A DNA stretch of 248,000 nt from Wallemia ichthyophaga EXF-994. Its lineage: Eukaryota > Fungi > Basidiomycota. Below the pieces are notes generated by a model, which was not told where the DNA came from, did no database searches, and saw only the letters and a program-made list of their open reading frames with translations. A program made the translations under genes and the position numbers. This document shows positions 187,218 through 200,091 of this stretch, one piece after another (positions within the stretch are counted from its first letter, which is position 1; every line of letters begins with the position of its first letter). The DNA lies in the NCBI RefSeq assembly GCF_000400465.1, contig NW_008806277.1:20001-268000 (forward strand), written 5' to 3'.

Positions 187218-188034
187218 TTTAAACGCAAAAGTTCTGTAACCGTGGTAATCTTGTTGAAAAGAGCGTCTTCGTTGCTTAAATTGTGGTAGGTCCGTGCCAA
187301 GTGTAAGCCCGTGCAGTTAGGTACGCAGGACAAAAAAGCTATCGCATTATACAGTCTCTTTTATCTTTTGTAATACAATTTGCTTCTTTTCTGGCTTGCC
187401 ATCAAGATATTTTGCGCGCGGCCCTGCCAAAGCATGATAAGCCTGAGACATGTTGAGGGTACTTGACAATCACGACGGTTGCAAGCGAATTTTGCAAGGC
187501 TTCATCTAAGTCAATTATGCAGAATGGATTGGCGGAACCATTGAATAGTAAGACTTCCAAGGGGTATAAGCTCCTTAGAGACGGATATCTGTGGCGAGTG
187601 AAAGTAAGTGTCGAGCAGTTCTATTGTGGGCTACCGTCATCGCAAAGGCGCCTCCAGCAGATAAATACGTTGCGCATCTGTTACGCATGGATACCGACAT
187701 TCGTGCTTGTGGTAACACATGCATGGCAAGCTTATACACGCTGAAATAGAGCTAGATCTTTTCAGGTGACTCTGAAAGCCGCAAAACTCCTTCAAGCGCG
187801 AAAATGAGGACGATCTATCTGCCGTCTCGAAACAAAAGAAAGTCACGCTTCGAGACAAGTGTTTATAGCACAGTCTTATGTAAGCACATACTCTAAAGCA
187901 TGTAATGACAGACCTAAGCCTGATCAGAACGACTTCTTGGTCTATTTAGATGGGATGCCTGTGTCAGTCTCTCAAAAACAAATATGTTCACAGCGTCATC
188001 GTCATGAATGTTTAAGCTAATCTGAATATGTATA

Positions 188035-188157
188035 TCATGTACATAAAATAGTTTACTCGGCCTTTGGAGCTGGCAATGGGGCTTGTGCCTTCTTGCCACG
188101 GACCTTCTTGGCTGGAGCATCCTTCTTTTGGCCTTTAGAAGCGTAAATGGCTGAAAC
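188035..188157 (-). pseudogene. Orphan copy of RPL28 last exon + 3' UTR
   Basis: 123 bp identical to 190180-190302. Confidence 0.85.
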
Positions 188158-188371
188158 AATGGCAACAACGGTCATCGATATACAACTTACACGATGAGCT
188201 GCCTGCTCGTCCTACTCACCGGCAATGTCACTTTAGCTTCTCTCCGAACAAGATATGATGATATTTCAAAATGTATTACTTGTATATAAATGGTTACAAT
188301 TAAAACCGCTTAAAAGGATAAAAAGATATTTACAGTGTCCTTCTACATTCCGCTATTCTCAACGCTCACGT

Positions 188372-189228
188372 TTAGAGCAAGTAGACTGCTGCACCGAGGA
188401 TGGTTGCACCCATAGCAGCGAAAGCCTTGCTCTTTGATGCAGATGAGTCATCATCTTCATCACCGTTGTCACCATTGTCACCGTTGCTGTTGTTGTTGTT
188501 GTTGTTTTTGTCACCGCCTGACTCACCGTTGTTGTCCGAATCGCTATCATCTTCGTTGTCCGAATCGCTATCACCGTCGTTGTTAGCCTTTTCAGCACCA
188601 GTTGCGTTGAGGAGTGTTTCATTGAATGTTCCGGTCATACCAGTGAGCTATTCAAGCTGTTAGTTACACAATAAAACCCTAACGCTCATCAACTTACTTC
188701 GAAAATATCAGAGTACGCAATGTAAGGGTAGTCGTATTGCGCCATTTCTGGCTTTTGAGATTGGAGATTGTCTGAAACGACACGGATCGTGCTATTTTTT
188801 GGTTAGAGGTATTTTGCTCCAAATAGGATATTTACCCACTAGTATGTTCCGTTTTGACCGATTTCTGGATCGATCGTAGTGTTGAATTCTTTCTCAGTAG
188901 CGTCGACGGTACCAAGTTGGGTCAATGGAACCATAGAGTCCTATTCATGTGTCAACAAGCTCTCATTCTTCACTGTACCTAGCTCACAGAGTCATTCCCT
189001 GCGTAGAGGTAGACATGTGATTGGCCAATGTCGCTCAAGGTCACATCCTCTCCTCTTTCTACCCATTCCACTGTATATTCTTCACCTCCTTCAATCGTAT
189101 CACCAGAGATTGGTTGGGTGATAGACTGCTTCAAGTAAGCGTCGATGCGTTTCAGTAAACAATACACCCACAAGTCTAGCGAGAGTTGTTGATGCGATTG
189201 CAGATAAAGCGAAAATTGATTCAAACAT
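188372..189228 (-). CDS. Kre9/Knh1-like secreted GPI protein, copy B
   Basis: Paralog of 186356-187217. Confidence 0.7.
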
Positions 189229-190197
189229 TTTAAACGCCAAACTTTTGTATCGGTGGTAGTCCTGTCGCAAGGAATGTCTTCGTTCGTTAGTAATTCCTGA
189301 AAAGGCCAGTGCGTGGGGTAGACCTTCACTTAGGTACGCAATGTAAAAGACGTTGCCACATTCGTGCAGTCTCTTCCTTTCTATTGCGATGCAGCTTGCA
189401 TCTCTTCTAGCCTGTTATTAAAATTTTCTGTGCACGTCCCTAGAAAAGAATGATAGGCCGCCTCTAAAACAAATTGAGTAACTAAGGTGGCAATCGCTTA
189501 AGCAGCCTGCAGGTCGATATAGCTTGCTTCGATCTGAGTCAACTATGTTGAGTCGATTGTCGAGCCTCAGAGTTGGTGATCATTATTGCTTCCGAAGGAT
189601 AAAAGCTGCTCAGTATTCTGTGGCAAGTATATTCGCCGTCAAGCTGTTGTCTGGGGCACTGTTCTCATCGCACACGAACCTCCAGCAGATGAGTAAATTA
189701 CCATGAATACAGACTTTCGTGCTTATAATGGAGATATTGCACATGCATGGCAGACTTGTATAGACTAAAATAGTGCTGGATCTTTCAAGTGACTCTAAAG
189801 CCGCATTCCCCTTTAAGCACGAAAATGAGGGCGATTCGTCTGCCATCCCAAATCGAAGCAAGGTTACGTTACCATTCGAGACAAGTATTTATAGCACAGT
189901 CTTAGATTAGCACGTCGTCTAAATCAGTCTGCTGTATTCACTGATGCGTTGTTAAACCGACTGACTAGCATCGGTACTGGATCTTGCTTCATAATCGCAG
190001 ATTTGCTCTCTCAACAAATTGAAAGGTTGATCGTTTGTTGCAATGGCAAAACTTAGCCAAGGCAGAAGAAGGTCTCATTCTACATAAATTGTTGTATGCC
190101 TGTGTCATAGAGTCTCTCAAAAGCAAATATGTTCACAGCGTCGTCGTCATAAATGTTTAGGTGAATCTGCATATGTAAATCATGTACATAAAATAGT

Positions 190198-190950
190198 TTA
190201 CTCGGCCTTTGGAGCTGGCAATGGGGCTTGTGCCTTCTTGCCACGGACCTTCTTGGCTGGAGCATCCTTCTTTTGGCCTTTAGAAGCGTAAATGGCTGAA
190301 ACCTTAGCAACAGCTGGCTGAAATTGCAAGTTAATACGCAATATAGGAGTCTCAATCGAGAGTATAAACTGAGGTTTAGTTTTATCAATGTCATTCGCTT
190401 GAATGGCCAGAGAGGTACGATGAAGTCTTGAAGACAACACCAATCTGGTAAAGTGATGCGAATATTTTAATATAGCAACACAAATACGCCTGACCTTTCA
190501 AAAAGTATTTCGAGGGGGTTCTAGCGTGTTGCGATCGCAGTTTATACTCTCGATTGGATTGAGGTTTATCACTCACCTTGACAAGATCTGGGCGAGTAGT
190601 AGCAACAACATTGGCAGTTGACTTGTAAGCACGACGCTTTCCTCCAGTGACTTGGGTCTTAGCGAAGCCCTTGTTCCATTGGTTGACTGGGGCCTTGGTC
190701 TTACGAGCAACGATTACAGCACCCTTGTCGTGTGGGTTGACACCAAGAGCCTTTTGACCATTGATGGTTGAAGAGTACTTGTAAGAGTGGTTTGCGAGCA
190801 AGTTACCAGGCTCAGAAGACAACTTGTGGGAACCTGGTGCACTTGGGCGAATGAAAGAGGAAGATTTACGCAACAAGAGCCATTGGAGATCACCTGACAC
190901 TGGAGAATCGTTGTTAATACGTTAAAGCACATTAAATTCTAATTCTAACT
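190198..190950 (-). CDS. RPL28: 60S ribosomal protein eL28
   Basis: DLQWLLLRKSSSF, EPGNL, RPDL; ~260-nt second intron. Confidence 0.93.
190386..190535 (-). ncRNA. Intronic box H/ACA snoRNA
   Basis: Hairpin gcaacac/gtgttgc, H box ATATTA (190468-473), hairpin attcgc/gcgaat, ACA 3 nt from end (190389-391). Confidence 0.8.
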
Positions 190951-191851
190951 TTTTTCAAGAGTGCTGTATCGCAAGAGGTTTAGACCAAGCACAAAAACCT
191001 TCACGAGTGAATTTTTTTATTTTAAATATATTCGAATGCTATTTCTTGCTAATCTGCGTGTGTATATATCCTGGCCTCGTCCATCACGCACTCTAAACGA
191101 GGTCTACGCTGTCGTTTGGTCTTCTATTCGACGTCGAGCAGCGCGATCTTATAATCTGCGCCCAAGTATATCGAGTTAAACTTCAAATGATGTCTAGTAC
191201 TCTTTGGGCTGGACGTTCTCTTTCTTAACCAGATGCTAGATGCCAGATGCCAGATGCGAAGATGCGCAACCTCTAAAGGCAAAATGTTCTTGTCTGGTTT
191301 GGCTACGAAGAGCATCCATCTTGAAATCCATTTCTCGTTTTTATCTCAAATGTAAAGGTAATAGCACTATACTATTATAAGCGATTCCGACATCTTCCAA
191401 CTTTCGCACAAAATACTTGTTGAAAATCGTTCTAGGTCAGAGCTTTGTGGCTAATTAAGAAGTCCAGTTTCGTTCTCGAACTGCATTGCTTGCATTTCTG
191501 AATTTCCAACTTCGGCAGTGCCTTAGATTCGGCAAAAGATGTAAAGATTTGAGGATATATTTCGGTGTTTATCTCTCTTTATTCATTTGGTGATAGTGTG
191601 AAATGATCTATACTATGTCAGTTTACATAATGCACTTTACAGCTTCGCAGACAATCATTACAGCTCCAAGATAGCCGATAATCACAATGCTCGAAAATTG
191701 TTACAATTATTACTAACAATGCAGCAATGCACTAATCACCATGTTTGTAAAGCCAGCTGCACATTCCAAGCAAAGCAGGGTAGACTTTTCATCAGTAATC
191801 TTAATATTATTCAAAAATAGGTCAATACAATAAAGCGTTCGAGTTCGTAAC

Positions 191852-193398
191852 TTAAGGAGTGTATTCATAGTCTACATCTTCATTTGGTCTTCCGTCAGAC
191901 ATCAGAATGACAGAGTAACGACCGGATAATCTCCAATCCTTCTCTTCCTTGTCCAACTTCTCCGCAACACCTGGTGGTAAACCGACGACGACATCCGACT
192001 TGATAGTCCTCATGGAGCAGACAGGTGGTGCTCCAGGTGCCGATGCTAAAGTACCGATGGCCTCACTGAATGGTGTTGTTGGTGGAGCGCGACAGTCGTA
192101 GGTCAATTTGCGGTGGTTGAGATCACCCTTGAAGAAGACCAACTTGGATTGGTGAAGATCCAAGAACAGATCAGGGCTGACCTCAAGCAAGTGATAGAAA
192201 GTGTAACCAGAGATCCAGAATGGGTGTTGCTCGTATATAATCTTTCCTTGCTGTTCGTATCTCTTCCAACGATTACCCAAAGCACGTAATGAGTTCAGTT
192301 CCTCTGCAGTACCCTTGAACAATCTACCATAGCATGCAGAGTTAATTAACCATTCCCAGTCCTTCTTAGTTACGTCAGAAACGAACCAAGCAAATCTCTT
192401 TCCATGAAATTTGACTTGATCAGCTAAGCCAGCTTGGATAAGGAAGTCAGCCAATACCAAATCAGTAAACAACTCGAAACCGGCATTGTCGAGGACAAAG
192501 TCGATTCTACCGTTTTTGTTGTTCTTCAACTGATTCCAGACTCTTTCTATGTCGTTACCGAGGATGTTTTTCTGCGTGGCAGCGAGTTGATCTCCGCCAG
192601 TTGATTGCAAGTTTTTAATATCTTCCTCAGTCATGTCGATCAGGAGGGAAAGATCGGTAGAGTTTCCCCATAAACAAACTTGGAACAATTCCATGAAAAT
192701 GAGTTTTTTGGCATCGTCATTTGGAATGTGGAAGGGCTCAGCAAAACGCGTAGCTAATTCAAAGACGGCGTGAGATGAGCGGGCGAAAGTGTCACACTTT
192801 TGTCTGAAGAATACGTCGTAGTCCTGGAAGTACTTGGAGAAGGAGAAACAAGAGTGAAGACGACGGTACTTGTAAGCTTCAGCAAAGATCCATGGAGCGC
192901 TCATAAAGTCCTTTCCTTGGAAGTACTTCGCGATTTCCTTGTTCCAGATAGCGATATCACCAGAGCCATCGTCAGGGATAGGTGTGAGCTTCTTGTTTGA
193001 TTTGAGATCGTCCATGAGTGTATCCATTCTGAGACAGGATGATTAGAAAGGAACAAACGAAAGGAGAGATCGTACCTTTCAATACAGGAAAGTAAGTCAA
193101 GAATCTCATCTTCCTTTGAAAGTCCATTTAAAGTGATGATTGTGTCTTCGATGGCTTTGCCGAGGATGGTAGGCAAACGACGGCCCATGACATCGTTTGC
193201 GAAGGAGAACGTGTGATAGCCTCGGAAGGCAGGGAATGGAGGAGATTCAGGGTTAACGTACTTTGCGTCGATCTTGTTAGGTTCGGCCATGTAGGAGCGG
193301 GATCTTGGAGGCATGTTCTTCAATCTGAGCTGCACAGAAGAAGGAACAGAGGCGTTAGGAATGTCTACGCTGCCATTTGGTGTTTGTGGTTGAGCCAT
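191852..193398 (-). CDS. DUF89/ARMT1 damage-control phosphatase
   Basis: WGNSTDLS, VLDNAGFEL, FKGDLN. Confidence 0.9.
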
Positions 193399-193551
193399 AT
193401 TTGAAAAATTGAAGATGACAGTAAAGGGTTAAGGAGGATGATGAAGAATGTGTGGATTGCACTTAGCCAAAGCGACGTCATCGAGGATAATTGGAGTGCG
193501 GGGAGAGTGGAGAAGATTGGATGATATAAAGTAATGTAAGTGTGAGAGTGT

Positions 193552-193990
193552 TTATTCAGTGGCTACAAATCCTTGTATATCCAAATCATATATGGTCACT
193601 CTACCGTAAAAATCCGTCGAACTGTTGAAAAGCAATTTAATATTGTTGGATATCGTCTTATTGTGATTTATACTGAAAGACTGCATTTTGTTGTTATCCT
193701 CAGGATAAAAGCCATCCTGACCAAGCTGGTTGCTGTTGTGATAATACACAATCTGGCAGCTCTTTCCTGAGAATCCACCTTGAAATGTCAATATCAACTT
193801 ATCTATTATATAGTTTTGACCAAATTTTAGCTGGACAGACTGTGGACTGCCCTGTGCGCTTGACCAGCAAGTGTCACTCGATCCATCGATCAGATTAGAC
193901 TTGTTTGAGAACTTATCGATGTTTGATGAAACCCTGCGTTGATTTGTAAGTTGAACTGCGTAGATACATGCACATACTTGACTTTTGTCT
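193552..193990 (-). CDS. NR2C2AP-like galactose-binding-fold protein
   Basis: FQGGF, FYPEDNN..Q.F, STDFYGRVTIY. Confidence 0.7.
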
Positions 193991-194035
193991 CTTTGTTGAT
194001 AACGCTCATCTGCACGCTCTTGGTAATATCATCGT

Positions 194036-194674
194036 ATGAGTAGACTGGAAATTTTAAACGGCGATAATTTTAGATTTGATGGTAGGAAGCCACTCGAGTT
194101 TAGGTCTTTAAATTATAAGTTGGATGATAACAACGTTTACTTCAATCAAGGCCTGACTAAGTTGAAAGTTAACATAAGCGGTTATCACAACTTCAATAAG
194201 CAAGATATCAATATATCCGTCAACAACGTCAACTCGAACCTCTCTAAATCAAAAATTGAAAACCTTATCCAGCAATTGAAGTCCACATTCCTCTCCGTCA
194301 TCAGATTCCACTCAAAGTCATCAATACAAATCAATATAGACATATTGAACTTTGATGGTAGCTTACTATCAACCGCCATAAACGCATTATCACTTTCTTT
194401 ATCTTTAAACGGCATCGAACTACTCGATATAGTCACTTCAACAAATATTGGTGTTTTCAACAATAACCTTTTAATAGACTTGAATAATTTCGAAGAACTA
194501 GATTGCCCTTCAATAACTCTAGCCTCTTTATCTAATTTTGAAAGTTTATCTTTAATTAATCTTGATTCAAAGCTACATTCCTCCTTCTTATCTGACATCA
194601 TTTCTCTATCTACTTCGAGTAATCAAGTATTGAGAGATGATTTGTCCAGTATTTTGTTGTCAAATGCTGTTTAA
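194036..194674 (+). CDS. SKI6: Exosome subunit Rrp41
   Basis: RLEIL..FRFDGRKPLEFR, DGSLLSTAIN. Confidence 0.8.
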   Translation: MSRLEILNGDNFRFDGRKPLEFRSLNYKLDDNNVYFNQGLTKLKVNISGYHNFNKQDINISVNNVNSNLSKSKIENLIQQLKSTFLSVIRFHSKSSIQINIDILNFDGSLLSTAINALSLSLSLNGIELLDIVTSTNIGVFNNNLLIDLNNFEELDCPSITLASLSNFESLSLINLDSKLHSSFLSDIISLSTSSNQVLRDDLSSILLSNAV

Positions 194675-195575
194675 GAACTCCGTTAATGCATTCATCGTTC
194701 TATTCACATCATTGTCCTGCCAAACATTAACTCTCATCCCACCCTTGAATACGATGAACATGGTCGGTTGATACTCATTAACACCTAATATACCTCCAAT
194801 TTCCTTATTCATCATCACATCCAACCTCATGAACCCGTTGTTCATTCCAGGAATTCCTCTTTGAGCAGCTAAATGGTAGAATGCTTGTGATAATTCAACG
194901 CTATTCGATGAATATGTCGTCAATGGTGATACCTTTATTCCCTTTCAATTTCATAATACTCTATACCACGCAACTCACCGTCATCAGAATGGCTTTGTAA
195001 TTACTCATGATTATATTCTGCATCATCTCCTTTGAGATTACATTCAGCGTCGGCCATTGTGGTAAAACATCTGCTGATTGATATTGCGAATTGGGTATCA
195101 TGGGTAGATTCATTCGAATGTTATTTCTGGCATGATCATTTCCCACTCCTCCACCAAGTGCAGCCTGCGTCCCTACCATTCCTGTACCCCCAATTCCCCC
195201 GAAAGACCCCACACTTCCTGCATTGATGAATTCTGGAAACTTAGCTCCACAAAGAAAGTCGATTGCTTTGTCTGTGAACGTATTTCCATTCCTGTACGCC
195301 ACGTTGTAGCTTCCTGCGTTGAACTCACTACAAAGACCATCTAAAAAGTCCTTATATGTGTCCTCGTCTATTTCTGTAATCCCAGTATTGATGACTCTAG
195401 ATGGCGTCCCTTTGTAAGAGCTGCCCGGTGGTGCCAAGGACCTGATGCCTTCATAACTAAACTCAAACTCTCTATTGAATACCACAACGGTTGTGTGACT
195501 TCTCCCGTTACTGCTCAAGTACCTTATTGCCTCGTTGCTCCAATCATAAATGGCTATTTCGACCTTATTTCCCAT
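194660..195575 (-). CDS. PPPDE/DeSI-like protein with thioredoxin-like tail
   Basis: VEIAIYD, HTTVVVF.REF, Y....NGNTF. Confidence 0.75.
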
Positions 195576-197408
195576 GATGGTATTAATTGTGATATTAAGT
195601 GGTTAATTGTATTTGATTATTGGGTTGTACAAATTAAATGAGCAACGTCGCGATCGCGCTATCGCTGGCGTGTTGATTGTTCAAACAAGAGTACGATAAT
195701 CGTCATTAGTCCAGTTTCTTGCTGAATTTTCTCCCTGTTGATCCCTGTTGAATATAACTTGTTTTGTGTACTCGTGTGTACAACCACAATGGCTCTTTTT
195801 CATTGCCTCCGCTTGGTCACAAGTACCAAAAAAATGAATACGTAATTTGAATGGCTACTTAATTTTGTTTAGTTGTCAAACGACTGTAGGGATGCAACAT
195901 AAAGTGGAGGTCACCTCAGCTTATTATACGATGGCTTACATTTTCAAACTTTCCTAGCTGTTAATTACAAGACAACACCATATTCATCCATACATGAAAC
196001 TTATTGGGGGTTGTCATGTACGTATCTGTAACATAAGATTCTCGGCGTGAAGATTCGAAGACTTTTCAGCGTGAATAAGATCGGCATGGATAGCGACGTG
196101 GATAAATTAAATTGTAGAATGCTAAAATTCACTAAAAATTTGGACAGCTCAAATAATCGAAGTCACACTGCGATGGATCTGATTGGCAGTACTCTAAGCA
196201 AACATCGAACTCGATTAGTGAGCTAGTTTAGGTCCACAAGGAGAAGTTTTAATAAATTGTATAATTAAAACCATTTCAGGCTGATGTTTAAGCAGCATAT
196301 TATACGTCTTTGTAAGAGAAAAGAAGTAAATAAACTGAGTGACGGATGACAAAGTGATTATATGGAATTTTGATTAGAGGCGGCCTAAACGAGATCGGTT
196401 AGCAATCTATGGGTGAGTAAATACTATTAGATGGTATGATATTCTTCAAACGTTGATGATAGATCAAAGCAGCCTCAATGAGTGCTCGTGATGTCATCCG
196501 AAAACTCCGAAGAGTGACTGGAAGTGAGAACCTACTGTATATACTGTACTTTTGAAATCAAGGACGGAATGAATTTACATTTCAAAATGCATGCATTCAG
196601 TTAATTTGTACTGGAAATGACCGAGAGGGAAAACAGTATGGGTTCAGCACAATCATACAGCATTGAGATTTATATTACAAAAAGTAAGCAAGGATAACAT
196701 GCTTAAAACTAAGCGCATTAACGATGTAAAAGCACGGTGGACGACATCCTACTTGCTCTGAGGCTGTTGGGACGCCATACGCGCTCTATCTCCATATCGC
196801 CCTTCCACCAGACTAAACTGCTAAATAGAAACTGCAACTTTCATTTACAATTTAATTTGATTTATTTACATATTCGCTATACTAAACATTCTCTTAATCC
196901 ATCAGCCTGACACTTACAAGACTAGCTAAAATCTTCAGTGTTCAATGGAGAAGAATTGTTAGAGTGTACTATGGGCAATCAAAATCGAAATTAAAGGATT
197001 TAGTAGTGAACGGTATAACTTAAGAAGTCATATGGCTATACACATGCTGGATAATCTCTAAACGATGCAAATGAAATCTGAAATGCAGGCGGAAGAGCAA
197101 ACACTGAAATTGTTTTTGATCAAAAGTCTCGGATCACCATACATAAATCAGTGAATAAATGAAAACTTTCGATAATGCGTGAAATACGTAAGTATGATAT
197201 TAAATAACGCCAATGCTAAGGTTCGTTTGTGTACTTTGCAATCTAAAACAAGGGAAACATCATTTACAAATCAGAAGTACGATAGATATAAAATAAGATA
197301 GTATAATTAGGTAGAGTTAAAATGTAAACGGCCGAAACCAAAAGTAAGTCAAGCCTGTTGATTTCTAGGAAATAGAAAGTCGTCATACACTAGCCAGAAT
197401 CGTAATAG

Positions 197409-199010
197409 CACCGCTATGAATATCACAAAATGAGTACAAAAGGTTAGGTCACTATAAAAGGCAAATGAAAAGTGACCTGACTCGACATCTATGTGGCCCT
197501 TTCGTCTTGTATAAAGTCGAAAATCGCATTACACTGATTAAGAGTGTAATTATCAAACTTTTCAGTAATTTGGAATGTAATATTTCAGGATAGATAAGGC
197601 CCGAATGGGAAATAATCTGATTCAACATGAGTATTAACCAGGCCCTAACAAAACTCGCAGATCCTTATGAAATTGTATGTGATGAGATTAATTTGATATT
197701 TGTCTTGTTTTGAGTTGAGCGTGTTTATTTGGCTTGTGCATAGATAGATTAGCCAGATTGAAGGGCCAAATTGTAGAAAAGAGCCAAATAACAAGCCGTT
197801 AAGGTATCTGACACAGCTACTGCTGGATCTATTGATCCTTAGCTCGTCGCTAGTTTATAATCACCACCGAATTAATGATCGAAAGAGGAAGCTAAGTGTA
197901 ACACAGGTTTAAAAGTAGTTTACTCTCAACAGAAGAGATCGGTTTGTATTTGAAAGACTATCACTGCGATTGAAACATACGGGGAATTGTCTTTTCTGGG
198001 CGAGATGCTTCCTCATCACAGTTATAAGAATTACTTAATGATAAACAGATGAACAAAATGTACTCTTGCCATATGTAACCACAAACGTATGCAAATATAC
198101 ACATTAGAGATCAAGTCGTTACGTAGAACCTTTGAGGGCGAGTCACGATTGAATTTCAGGTCCAATTATAGAGAATATCAAAAGAAACTGACTATAATAT
198201 TTTAAAACTGACTTATTCATTGTTCAATTTGGGAGATGCACACTAGTAGACTTTAAGGGTGCAACATTGGAAAACGTTGGGGTTGCTCAACATAACATTT
198301 CTAATTTGGCTAACCGCTAGATAAAAAGCTAGACCAACCCAATAGCAATTACAAAGTGTAGCCCACCGAGTTTTAATTCAGAAAAGCTCATGATTAAATA
198401 CAAATTCTGATAGTATCATACATCGTTTCAAAGTAAAAACGGTTGGAAGGCTAGCTTACGGTACAATTACAGCTGAAGATAAAATGATTACATCTAATAA
198501 AACTACAGATCGCAAATCACCTGAGACCAACAAAATACAGAAACATTAAGCAATAGTACTTGTAGCGTGATTAGTAAAACCGTAAACGTTCATGCTTCAG
198601 CCCACTACAGGTAATCACTAAAAAGGTGGCCTTCAACGAAATGAGACACGAAAGTAAGAAATATAAAGTTTTCAAAACCATTGTAAGTTTCCAAATAAAG
198701 TGAAGGTCGTATTCAAAGCTACATTATTAATGATCAAACGATCACTATACCGAGATGAGCAGGTGTGAAAACTCTCATTTTCTGAATGAGACATAATTAC
198801 GAAATAAACTGCTATAACTTCCATCAAACAACTTCATGTTGGAAAGAAAAGCTACGCGAAAGCAGCATTATTTGCCAGACGTTCCCTATGGGATTTTAAG
198901 AACGTTAGTGTTGAGCTAAGACTTCATTCGAAAGATAGTGTTAAGAACCATTCGTTGATGTGAATCTTTTGCACATAAACTGTACATTTTAGGACCATTA
199001 TCGCAAGTCA
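197409..199010 (+). repeat. Inverted repeat left arm (~1.6 kb)
   Basis: Reverse complement of 200092-201693 with a few substitutions. Confidence 0.95.
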
Positions 199011-200091
199011 TCATAGAGATCCAGTTATCTTTAGATTCTTTGCATAATGTCATTTCGAAACTAAATCAGACGCGAGATAGATAATTTTCGGCTCGTTATA
199101 TGTCATTGTCATAACGGCACAAGACTTTTTTCACATTACCTTTCTATATCTATATAAGATATTCAGAATAGAAAAAGTTAAAAGTTGAAATGTCAAGTAA
199201 TATAAGACAATTAAGTTTAACAGCTACTCCTAAAGTACGCGATTTAAATTCTAGTAACAACTTTCATCTCCCCTTGATTAACGACATTTGGATTGAGGCA
199301 TGGTTGAAGTAACACTTACAATGTCGAGATAATGAATTAAAAATTCAAAGTTGAGTTTATCGATTAACTCAGAATTGCATCATTTCAAGAATTTTTAAAA
199401 GAGATATGCACCTTTTTTTTTTCAACTTATAGACTTACAAATCAATAATCTTCAAACACACATATTAGAAGGAGGCAGGATCTAGCTATATACTTACCAT
199501 ATAATCGTTACTGGATGCCCTCAGCCTTTGAGAGAAACAAACAAAATCATTTATTTTTTGGGCTTGAGTGATCAATTGTTTTTAACTTTATTGACATTAA
199601 TAGCCTGAATTTATCACAGGAAGTTGTTTCCTCTTCCTTTTGTTGTAAAAGAAAGACCAGGTTATTTTAAACGCAAACAGGTTTTTGTCGAAAATGTTCC
199701 CTATTTTTGAAAACACAGGCTTATTTAAGCATTTGATTGAGAATTTCTTTCAATCATCCTTCGATCAATAACTCAATTTAAAGCAGATCAACGCCAAATC
199801 CCCACTCACTAACAATCTGACTGTTAGCATTGAATTGTGAAATTTTGATGTCAGAACAGATTTCTGTTACAAATGAAGTACAGATCACCATTTCACATTT
199901 AAATTCTAGCAAAAGCACGAAATTAATAACGAAGTTAGGTCCAAAGCAGTGCAAATCATTTACATTTATCAGATGATGTAAATGTGATTGAAATATATAT
200001 TTTTTTGCTAATGTCTTCCTCACATCACATTAGCACTATTCGTGCCGATGGAAAAAAATAACGGAGTCCAATGATTCGTGGAGATTCAAAA

